This document shows, piece after piece, positions 22,294-40,691 of a stretch of DNA of 40,691 nt (position 1 is the stretch's first letter; every line of letters begins with the position of its first letter). The position numbers and the translations under genes are program-made. The notes below the pieces were generated by a model. That model searched no databases, was not told where the DNA came from, and worked only from the letters and a program-made list of their open reading frames with translations. The DNA is from Guillardia theta CCMP2712. Its lineage: Eukaryota > Protista > Cryptophyta. The stretch is taken from the NCBI RefSeq assembly GCF_000315625.1, contig NW_005434519.1, positions 55,159 to 95,849 on the forward strand, written 5' to 3'.

Positions 22294-23870
22294 ATGAAGA
22301 GGAGTGCAAGAAGCATGTTGAAGACAACATGGCTGATGTTGGCTACGATCTCAATGATAACATCCATCAGAGATGACGTGCCTGGTCGCTCCAGCTGCTC
22401 TCTCTTGCTGGACACTAGTCCGTGGTGGAAACATGGTGCAGGAATCGATGGACAGGTCAGTTAGATTCCTTCTCTTGTATGTACAAGTACACGCTGATCT
22501 GTTGCAACCACTGCAATAGATATTCAAGATCGTTCCTCCAGGCATTTGTATCCGAGCTGCGAAATCCGGACACCACCTATCATCTCGTCTCCGGGGAGGG
22601 GACAGTGGGATGTTTGGAGCTTCTATGAACGCCATGATGGACGAAGAAGAGTCTGATGAACATGAAGAGGAATCTGAGGAACTGAGCTCCTCTGAACTTT
22701 ATCATGACCATTGTCTCGTGAGGGCGAAAGATGAAGTCACACTGGAGTATGCAAACGTTTTACTGCGTAAGATCTGCCTGCCCCCGAAGGATTTTCAGTC
22801 AAAGCAAGACTTGCATTCTCTGACGAACATCCTTTACTATCTACTTTCATTGGCGAGCCAAATCAATCGGTACGGCGTCTTGAACGATCCATGAGTCGTT
22901 TGAATCCGATGACAGCAAGTCCAAGTCCGTTCCCATCAACATTGAAGAGAGAGGTGGGCTTGAAGCACTCAGATCTTTCGGTTTCTGATAAGCTGAATGG
23001 AAGAGTTCTATTCCAAGTGTCAATCTCTGAGAACGAGCTTCGAATCTAAGAATGGAACTCGGTTTGAAGGTCCCGTCAACATCCCCATTGCTTCCTGGAG
23101 CGCCAACTGACTGTGGTCACAGAAAACTCAATTCTGCTGTTCCAATCTCAACATTCCAAGGCTGGGATCCCTAAGGAGTCGAATGTATTAACATCGCAGA
23201 ACAGCACGCGCAAACCTCTTACAACTCAACTCACGGTCTGATGCAACTTGATTTGCGACCAACACCCCTGACGGGATGTGCAGGCAGCTCAGATAGACCG
23301 AGCCAGGAGGAAACTCTTGATAGATGCATTTGAAGATCCACAGTACCACCTTTTTTCTCGTTGATTGATTACTTACACAGATGTCGTACCAGGCACAAGC
23401 AGAACGACACAACCATGGAACAACACAACACCCTGCTCGATCAAATATCAGTATCATTGAACAAATTTAAGATGAGCGCCAAGTCAAATTTGGATGACAT
23501 AATGAGGTGAAATCTCAAGAGTTCTCTCTTTTTCCTGTATCCACATAATATGATCAATATATGGCAGATCTTCCGAACTTGTAGACTCGGTAAAGCAGGT
23601 AGAAAGATCCAAAAAAACAACTTGCACCCAATTATGTTTGATTGACTATTTCAAGGGGATGGCAGGGTATGCTCCATATTTGAACAATGTTCGGAGGGAG
23701 GTGTGACCTTGTGTGCTCACAATTTCCTGGGTGACTCTGTTTTAGGTCGAAGAAAGCTTGAAGGAACTAAGGCAGAGAGATCGAGCTCTTTTCTTCGTCA
23801 ATGTACAAAATACAACCTTCGCGATACTTGAAATCGACTCATTGCTGTTTTTGTAGACTTTTGGTCTTGC
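22294..23870 (+). CDS. Hypothetical multi-exon protein with signal-peptide-like N-terminus, RLRGG motif and acidic stretch
   Basis: Exon 1, 22294-22455 (MKRSARSMLKTTWLMLATISMITS..IDGQ), splices in frame over a 64-nt GT-AG intron to exon 2 at 22520 (IFKIVPPG..LSSRLRGGDSGMFGASMNAMMDEEESDEHEEE). Further small AG..GT-bounded exons appear up to ~23870; 3' end unresolved. Confidence 0.55.
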
Positions 23871-24161
23871 CGGTATGCTCTTCCTGCTATACTCGATCAT
23901 GAAGTGGAAGGGCTAAAGATGCAGTGACAGTCAAGAGGGATGTTATTTAATGATATCAGCAAGCATACGTTGAATAGACTTGGAAAAGAAGTATCACTCC
24001 TGTATGACGATGATTTCAAGAGGGACACGAAGGTATACACAATGGTTCTGCACCCACAGAAGAGGCTGATCCCACAGCGTCGATGTTGCAACCTGCACTG
24101 TGCTGCAGGTAAACAATAGCACCTAGTTTGACTGTGGGCTCGATTGAGATCAGTTGCTTAT

Positions 24162-25269
24162 TTACAGTTCTGTGTGACTCTGTAGACTATTGCTTTCGGT
24201 TTCAATGATCCGAGATATGGACGACTGTTCCGCAAGTATGTCGAGAGGAACCAAAAGCTCCTCATGAAGGTTTGAATCTGCAAGGAGAGTGATGGAGCTG
24301 GGCTCGTCGTTTGATGTTTGACCATTCTCGACCTGCAGTCCAAGTTACTGGCAACAACTGGAGTGTGCAGAAGTATAAAAGAGACCATGAGGCGAGGTCT
24401 TTTGGCCTGATTCTCTGTGTTTTCAAGCGCTGGCTGCCTTCCATCGCTTTCGTTCTCAGGAGGTTTCGGTCCAATGCCGATAGACTGGCAAGCTCGCATC
24501 AGGATCATCGTCATCTGAGCCAAACGATTCTCGAGATTCTGTAGCAACAAGTGACGGCATGAAGGCAAAGAGAATGAACGACCTCTTGCCGCCGCTTGCT
24601 TTCAAGCATCTCTGCAACTATCATCTGCTTCTCGCTCTCCTTTTGCTGAATCGCAGCTTCCATTTGTCGATGCCGAGCTCTGCACCACTTTCAACGAACC
24701 ACGTCAACGTGTGCAAATGCTCATGCACCTCAACTCTTGTACGTACACAGACATCTGCTCGATTTCGGCACGTGCAACCTGTAACTCTCGATCGTTTCCA
24801 GAAGGGATCTTACGCCTGATATCCTTGAAAAGATGCTCATTCCCTCTCCTGCACCAAGAGGCATCAGAGGCAGCAGGGAAAGTATCATTCACTGCACTTG
24901 AAGATTGGATGTGAGAATTCACAGGCTCCATTGTCGAGCGATGCTTTGTGGAATCCGTACAAGTTCAGTTGACGGACAAAGGACGTGAAATTGCTGTGTT
25001 TGAAATACCTGTAGTTGGTGTGAATCAGGGCACAAATCACATAAGAAAACCAATCACCGGGATAGAACTTTAGTTGAGAACGAGGACGCGTCAAAGACTA
25101 CGATCTTCTCTCCACATGGCGACCACGATATGTATGGAGAGACCGTTGTGTCCTTGAGCATGTAATCAAGCTTTGCGATGAAAGAAGGAGAACCCTGCTT
25201 CTCCTCATCAAAGATCTCTGCTTGTAACAGCGGTGAAGATGCTTGGCTGAGTCTATCTGATGTACTCAT
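24162..25269 (-). CDS. Heat shock transcription factor (HSF DNA-binding domain + coiled coil), multi-exon
   Basis: PSFIAKLDYMLKD..ISWSPCGEKIVVFD..|YFKHSNFTSFVRQLNLYGFHK..EFSHPIFK|RGNEHLFKDIRRK; heptad region and an NLS-like AKRPRL follow. 3' end approximate. Confidence 0.9.
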
Positions 25270-25989
25270 CCTTGGCAGCTTGGCGGTGAGCCCACAATAT
25301 GGCGAGCTTTGCACGGCTGACACTTCCTGAGGGCCCTTCAACGACTTGGAATGCTCTCAGTCCTCTGGGCTAGATCATGTTGATATCTGCGCAGTACAAG
25401 TGAGATGCCTTTACAACACAAATATCACCCAGTTGAAACAATAGAAGCTGTAGAGTCATTGTGCGAAGTATCATCCCCCCTCCATCCAAGTGTCATGAAA
25501 CGGACCAAGGTAAATCACGTCTGTGTTGAGCTATGAACTATTGCTGACCTTTCATTCCTCATATCAAGCTCAGAGTCTCTTAGATGCTTATCTGTTAGAG
25601 GTCAAGGATACTTCGAATCCCTGAGATTAAGCTATGAAACGAGATCAGACCCTTCATGTAGCTGCCTAGAAGCTTCACATTTTAGCTTGAGTTCAGCATA
25701 TATCATGCTCAATCTCATCATTTTCTCGTGCTTTCGACATCAATATCATATTAATCGTTAATTTCATGTGTTTTTGTTCATTCTCTCTCTCTTCTTTTCC
25801 TCTTCATGCACCCTCCACTTGCTCCGTCGACGCCATAGAATTCTCTGGACCTTCCACTTCGCCTTCAAAAATTTACTCAATCTATGTACCCTACCTGTCA
25901 ATGAGCAGCCGTAAATACCACCCCTACCTTCCATTCACTCTAGCAGGAGGGCTCAGACATACCTACCGGCAGCCCTGGGATAGACAGGG

Positions 25990-26690
25990 GTAGGGTTATG
26001 GCCCAACTGGCCCTAGCCGGGCCGCCGGCGCCGGGAAGCAAACTTCACTGAGTCAGTTGCCCGGGGGGCCTGGGCGGCCGCGCCAACTAGTAGGAGGCCC
26101 GGCCCGGCCCGGTCCGCCGGGGGGCGATACCGGCGATAATCAGACGGTCCGACAGCGATGCCGCGCGGCACTCAGCCTGGCAGCCCGCCGCTGAGGCCGC
26201 CGAGCCTCGGAGTCCGAGTTACCCGAATTGCCGGGCCAGTGACGGTACGGCGGGGCGGCGGTGCGGCGCTCGCCCGCCGGCCCGGGCCCGCCGGCCCGGC
26301 GGCGGGCCGGGCCGCCGACGGTCCGAGTCACCCGGTTGTGAAGCATGGGACCTTGCACGGCACGGTCGCGGGCCGCGCCGGGCCCGTCCCGCGCCGCAGG
26401 CCGTTACCGGCGTTGAAGGCCCTTGGGTACCGTACTAGTACCCGGCAGACTGACCGTCTCAGTGAGAGTCTCGGGCCGTACACTGCCACCGAACGGTGGC
26501 ACCGTCACGGTACGGTCACGGCGGCCCGGCCCATCGATGATCCCGGAGTCCCGGCTGAGTCGACTAGTACTGTACCCGGTACCGTGGCACGGTCACGGTG
26601 AGTGCCCGGTGACCGTGTGTTTCGGATCTGAGGGCGGCCCAGTGCGGCGCCGGCCCGGCGGCGCCGGGCCGCCGCGGGCCCGAAAAGAGA
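25990..26690. other. GC-rich, short-palindrome-dense intergenic tract
   Basis: Same word set as 13140-13760, plus GTAC, ACTAGT and CACGGT; no credible protein. Confidence 0.7.
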
Positions 26691-27464
26691 TGGCTAGAAA
26701 TAGCCTCCTTTTTAGAAATAGACTTTATTTTTGCTATTTTCTGGCCGGTTGAGGGCATACATTACCCCCACCCCCACTATCACTGACTTTCACCCTCTAT
26801 TTCCCCTTTAGTCCTCCCTGTTTCCAGTGCGCCCCACCGGTACAACCTGTCCACACCACCAAGTTGACTGCTACGCACCGACACATGAACGCACCCCTCA
26901 TCATTACTCAGTGAACTCGGGAAATATCGGGGTGGGTGCATCTCAAATAGCTGGTGTCGGGGGTAGTAGATCTGAGGGTAGTCATCAATCTAACACTCTA
27001 TGGAAGAGGGTAGGGTTACAAAACAGGGGTCCTTTCATTGCAGAAATGCTGGTTAAATATATGGTAGGGTGGGGTGTAATGCAACGTGGGACCCCCACAA
27101 ACGTACATTTTAAAAAATTATTCCCCATATTCATATTGACTATGATGCTTACACTTCTTTAATAATCACTATGAACCTATATAGTCAAAAACCACCAAAA
27201 TGGTGGACGGGTGGTGGGTGGTAAGGGGTGCTATCACCACAACTTGCCCTCCACCCCACCCTGCTCGTGTTTTACACCCACCACCCACCCTCTCAGATTC
27301 ACCACCATTAAACTTCATGCACCATCCACTGTTCCTTTGAGTACCCCGGTATTTGAGGCAATTTACCCGGTGTCATCATACGAGGGGTGCCCATCTACCC
27401 CTCGAATATATACCCCCACCTCCTCCACCAGTACCCACCCCACTGGATCGCTCGTGCTGCAGAC

Positions 27465-30100
27465 ATGCTGCGCTTCACTGTGGTTGCTGCGGCATGCGCA
27501 GCATCGTCGGCGTCAATCATGCCGCAGTTTTCATCGTGGAGACAGGACTCTTCATCCCTCCTCGCATTTTCTCCCTCCTCTGCTCTTCTCCTTCCTCAGT
27601 CACGCCTTTCCTCCACCTGCTCATTCGTCAAGCCATCCAGCCCGCCCACCGCAAGATGCAGGTACCTATACTGGCTTCATCTTTGCTGTTTGACCGCCAT
27701 GGCAGAGGAATGAGATTCGTAAGGCCTGGAAGTCTGAGAATGAGTGGAGGGGAGATGAACATGAAGCCGATCAATGTTAAGCCGTCGAAGCATGACCTTG
27801 AAACTGGACGAGACCCAACAAGGGTGAAGGTACAGCAAGCATTAAAAAATGAGTGGATTGTGTCTGACAACGTTGTTTCAGGTGTTTGACACGACTCTCC
27901 GAGATGGAGAGCAGTCTCCTGGTTGCAGTATGACCTCAGACGAGAAGATGCAGGCAAGTCTTGCCACGTACGTTTTTCTCGAGTTGCTAATGAAACTTTG
28001 CAGGTGGCTAAGCAGCTTGCTCGTATGGGTGTGGACGTAATCGAGGCAGGGTACGTCAGCCGTAGACCTCTCAAATGCACATTTGCTCTGTCTTTCTGAT
28101 CTAGTTCCTGCCTTCCATTCGCAACGAGGCAACAGTGCCCCAAAGTTTATTCTGATGTAGGTTTCCCATTGCATCCAACGACGACTTCCTGGCCGTGAAG
28201 CAGATCGCTGATGTGGTATGATCCGCGTGTGCATTGTTGGCTTGTCATGTGACTCCTGCTGTAGGTTGGTAACTACGAGAATCCTCCAATCATCTGTGGT
28301 CTTGCTCGTGCAACCGAAGGCGACATCAGGAGGTGTGCCGATGCTGTCAAGGTAAGTCGATGTCAAATCGTTTGACAATAAGATACGATGTCTGAGAGTT
28401 GTGTGTCTCTTCAGGGAGCCAGATTTCCTCGCATCCATACTTTCATCGCAACTAGTGACATTCACATGGAGCACAAACTGCGCAAGTCCCGGTGACAGCT
28501 CGAATGATATCGAACGTATTGATGTCTGATATGCTTTGCTGTAAACAGTGAAGAGGTCTTGAAGATTACCAAGCAGATGGTGACGCTTGCCAAGAGCTTG
28601 GTAGACGATGTCGAATTCAGTGCAGAAGATGCTCTGCGATCAGACAGAGCGTTTCTCGCTCAGGTAAAGATTCATGCTTCACCTGCTTCACCTTTTGATT
28701 CATCAGGGGCGTTCGTCATGCTCATCGCTCTCTTGTTTTTGTTCTGACTGACTTTGTGGGCCTGTAGGTTTTTTCAGTAGCCATCAAGGCTGGGGCAACC
28801 ACTATCAACGTTCCTGACACCGTAAGTAAAATTTTCCTCGGCACTTAATCGCTACAACATGATCGTCTCACATGTCTTGATAGTTGAGCAGTTTTTCTCC
28901 GAATCCTCTGATTGTTCTTGGCAGGTTGGCTTCACCACCCCGACCGAGTTCAAGGAGACGATCGAGTACTTGAGGAAGCACACTGAGGGCATCGAGGATG
29001 TGACTATCTCTGTTCATGGTCACGATGACCTCGGCATGGTACTCTCCTTTTTTGCTTTTCTCGTAATGTCCTTGACGAGGATACAGGCCGTTGCAAATTT
29101 CTTGGGTGCTATCGAAGGAGGAGCCAGACAAGTCGAAGTGACTGTGAATGGCATTGGAGAGCGAGCTGGCAATGCAGCAATGGAGGAGGTTGTGATGGCT
29201 CTCCATGTGAGAAAGTCCTACTACAACCCCATGTTTGGACGCCCAGCTGACTCCAACGACGCTCTTACCAACATCGTCTTGAAGGAGATTCACCGCAGCT
29301 CTCGTTTGGTCACCAGCTTGACCGGGATGATGGTGCAGCCGAACAAGGCAATCGTTGGGGCCAACGCATTTGCTCATGAGTCGGGAATTCATCAGGATGG
29401 GATGCTTAAGAACAAGCTCACGTACGAGATCATCGATGCCAGCACCATCGGCTTGGACAACTCGGATGGTATCGTGCTCGGCAAGCATTCGGGCAGAGCC
29501 GCTTTCAAGGCCCGCCTTGCGGACCTTGGGATTGTTCTCAATGAAGATGAGACCAACAAGGCCTTCATCCGCTTCAAGGACCTTGCAGACAAGAAGAAGG
29601 AGATCACAAACGCTGACTTGGAGTCCATCGTCAACGACGAGGCTCAAGACCTCGCCGCCAACCGCTTCAAGGTCATGCACGTGCAAGTGACGTGCGGTAT
29701 TAGCATGGTGCCGACGGCTACCGTAACTCTCAGAGACGAGAAGGACGACCTGGAGCTCACAGACGCGTCCACGGGGACTGGACCTGTCGATGCTGCTTTC
29801 CAGGCGGTGAATCGCCTCTGCGGCATCCAGGGAGGCGGACAAGCCAACGCCGCTGACGTCAAGCTCATGGAGTACTCAGTCAGCTCAGTGACAGCTGGGA
29901 TCGACGCCCTCGGCGAGGTCACTGTACGTCTGCAGGACCCCCGTAGTGGGAGAGTCTTCCTGGGACGAGCTGCCGACACTGACGTCGTCGTGGCCTCTTG
30001 CGTCGCTTACGTCAACGCCCTCAACCGCCTCATCCTCCAGAGGTCTGACCTCGCCCCCAAGCTCCACCCACAGCTCTCAGTCGCTGGCAAGGCAATTTAA
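27465..30100 (+). CDS. leuA: 2-isopropylmalate synthase with bipartite plastid presequence, multi-exon
   Basis: [22 protein letters not shown]|[13 protein letters not shown]|[41 protein letters not shown] and regulatory domain [18 protein letters not shown]-terminus [28 protein letters not shown]. Confidence 0.97.
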
Positions 30101-30210
30101 CTGATTTTGTGCCTTCATTTAAAAGAAATCGATAAAAAACTGCTCAATAATTCATATGAACCCTCCGCCCTTTCCAGCCACCGTGAGGCACGAGACACCT
30201 CCGGACCAGC

Positions 30211-32180
30211 TCACATGTTAGAGTTGAGGATCTCCCGAAGAGAACTCCATGTTCGATGAAACAGGAGACGGAGGCTGCTTCTTGCCAGACCCTACAAAGT
30301 TGCAGGTTACCATCGCTGTAGCTCAGCAGCTTCTCAGCCTACCTCGATCCACGACTCGAGCCATAACCACTGTGATGTCGTCGAGCTTTCCTCCGATGAA
30401 GTCCAGCCCCTGCCTTCGAGCGTTTTCCGAAAAGGGGCACACACATGTGGTATCCTACCACCGAGGTAAGAACACATTCCAACCGGTCTAACTCTGTACA
30501 GACCTTTGCGTTGAGATGCGAAGCTTGCGCTATGCTGAGACAAAGGCTGTTTGTGCTCTTGTTCTCATCAGCAGTAATCAGATCGATCATGTCATCCTGA
30601 AACAGGTTGTCCCAGACTCCATCCGAAGCTACAACCTAGTGGTGAGTGTGTTATTGCCACGAAGGAATACAGCAGGCAGGCATGGGGTATACAATGAGAT
30701 CTCCTTCAGCAAGGTCTTCAAGAATGTAGTAGTCTGCATCGTCTGGGGTGTCGTAATTCCCCGTGCCGAGCTGGAACGGGCAGTTGAAGTAGTGTTGCTG
30801 CTCATTTGTCGAGAAGATGCTCACACCTATGAAACATCTTGACGGCTGTTCTTCTACAAAGGTGAGAGCAGAAGCATACCGTCACGGATCAGGTGCAAGC
30901 CTGAGTCTCCTAGGTTCAAAACATGCAGGTTGCCCGATCGTGTCAGCATTGCCAGGCAAGCAGTACAGGACCCTGGAATGTTCCGTTCACCGAGTTCATC
31001 CACAGCCTGCGCCTTTCACATCATGGCTTCTTTCATGTCAAGGCACACACAACCTTCTGCAAAAAGTTCACAAGAGGCTTTTCAGACTTTAGCTCGCAGT
31101 CCGGATCCTGTCTGAGCTGCTCCCCGATGATCTCGCCCAACTTTCTCGGATACTCTGCAGGGTCTACCCCAACCTCAGCCCAAGCTGATGACGAGACAGT
31201 CAGAGAAGGAGGAGCAGGAGAAGATCAAGACAAGCACCTCCTACTCCATCAAACACTCCCACTAGAGTCGAGCCTCCCGCTTTGCAGATGATGTGTGCAT
31301 CCTCTCCGCCTTTGTGGGCCTGGGGAGAGCAACACGTCAGAGGGATCAGGAGCAGAATGTAACACGTCTGAGAGGTCACCTTCAAGGGATGCGGGATGCT
31401 GCTGTACCCACACTCCATCGTGAACCTTGGCGGGTCACTCTCCTCAGAGCTGACCTGACTCGCACTGGAGATTTGAACTTCCCATCCTCCCTTCTCCTTC
31501 CCGCTGAGCTTCGCACCTCCTGCTGACGTCGAGTTCGATTCTTCCGTGTCCTTGCGAGGACGGGGGTCAGCCACTGTGTCCACACCTCCCACTTCAAGGT
31601 CCTCTTCCTCCCAGGAAGCTGATCTGTCATTGTTGGAGCCCCTGCTATCCAAGGAAGGGGAGTCCTCTTTCTTCTTCATCCTCAACGATGGCTTCCCGCC
31701 GCTTCCTCTGAACAGCACTGCATTCTTGCAGACGCCTCCGTCTCTAGGAAGAGGCCGCAGCTTGGACGGGCTCCCAAGGGCAGCGTGAGGGACATGGGCA
31801 GCATGTGCGAATCCTGCTACAGTTCCAAGAGTCGCAAGAGCAAGGTGCACCAGGAAGTAGCGTCTCCCTACCGTTCCTATCCCAGAGACTTTGCATGCAA
31901 CCCACCTCTTGAGCCAGTCGTTGGCGCTCTGAAAGATATCTCTGAGGCTCCCTTCTCTCCATCCTCCCCTCCTCTGTTGCCAGATCACGTGCTGCGCCTG
32001 AGTTAAAACCCGTTCCCTCCTTTGCGGAGCGGGAAGGAGCGGGGGCTGAGAGCCATGGGGCCTGATGGACATGCTGTGAGATGAAGGAGCATGAAGATGA
32101 TGCGAACAGGCAGGAACTGCATGCGATTCTCTTGAATCCTCCACCATGATCGCCTCGCCCGTCGCACGCTCCCCCGCCAT
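30211..32180 (-). CDS. PTC7/SpoIIE-type protein phosphatase 2C, multi-exon
   Basis: IPHPLK|AHKGGEDAH..VGVFDGVGG|WAEVGVDP..GGKLDDITVV motifs; stop after ..EILNSNM at 30211; start uncertain. Confidence 0.88.
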
Positions 32181-32429
32181 ACTGCCCTCGTTGAACAAGC
32201 AGGAAGTGCTCTAGTTTAGTTATACTTTGGCTAAATCAAGGGAGTGCTCCTATGCAATTTAAGCAAAAAGCTTTTAATTTGAAGTGAAATAACCCAAATC
32301 TCAGTTAACCCCCTGCACCTGGTGCACAGACCGTTATGGACATCGTTATATGAATGTAAGGCGGTGTTCTGTGGAAAGAACACGATTTTGTTCCCTGTAA
32401 GGAACAGCATTCCAACTTCACGTGCCCTC

Positions 32430-40691
<8,262 letters not shown>

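Noticed and set aside
1947-25269. Regulator gene cluster (2 Zn2Cys6, RWP-RK, TZF, HSF) as a functional unit
   Set aside because: Unrelated families interleaved with housekeeping genes; no shared motif or other sign of co-regulation.
26400-26411. GCCGTTACCGGC (Leu3-like CCG-N4-CGG) upstream of leuA, suggesting the Zn2Cys6 pair regulates leuA as yeast Leu3 does LEU4
   Set aside because: Such sites are expected by chance in a CCG/CGG-saturated tract; the proteins show no Leu3-specific features and lie 20 kb away.
28868-29842. 324-aa antisense ORF over leuA
   Set aside because: Codon-bias shadow of a conserved enzyme exon.

Overview
Eukaryotic nuclear DNA with many short GT-AG introns (about 45-65 nt) and bipartite signal-plus-transit presequences. 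This is most consistent with a cryptophyte alga such as Guillardia theta (inference, no search run). Genes in order: a divergent, intron-free, ~94% identical pair of Zn(II)2Cys6 transcription factors with a C-terminal PAS/PAC-like region; a probably plastid-targeted helical-repeat + RAP-domain protein; an RWP-RK factor; a VAP/Scs2 MSP-domain protein; a plant-type RR tandem CCCH zinc-finger protein; a signal-peptide protein carrying a ubiquitin-like RLRGG motif; a heat-shock factor; plastid 2-isopropylmalate synthase; a PTC7-type PP2C; and a large, possibly URB2-like gene that runs off the window. The most unusual non-coding signal is a ~700 bp direct repeat pair that has diverged largely through many micro-insertions copying adjacent sequence. 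Alongside it are intergenic tracts built from small local vocabularies of palindromic words (CCGG/GGCC, GTAC, CCTAGG), which suggests an insertional scrambling process acting on intergenic DNA. Exon boundaries were read by eye and are approximate where stated.
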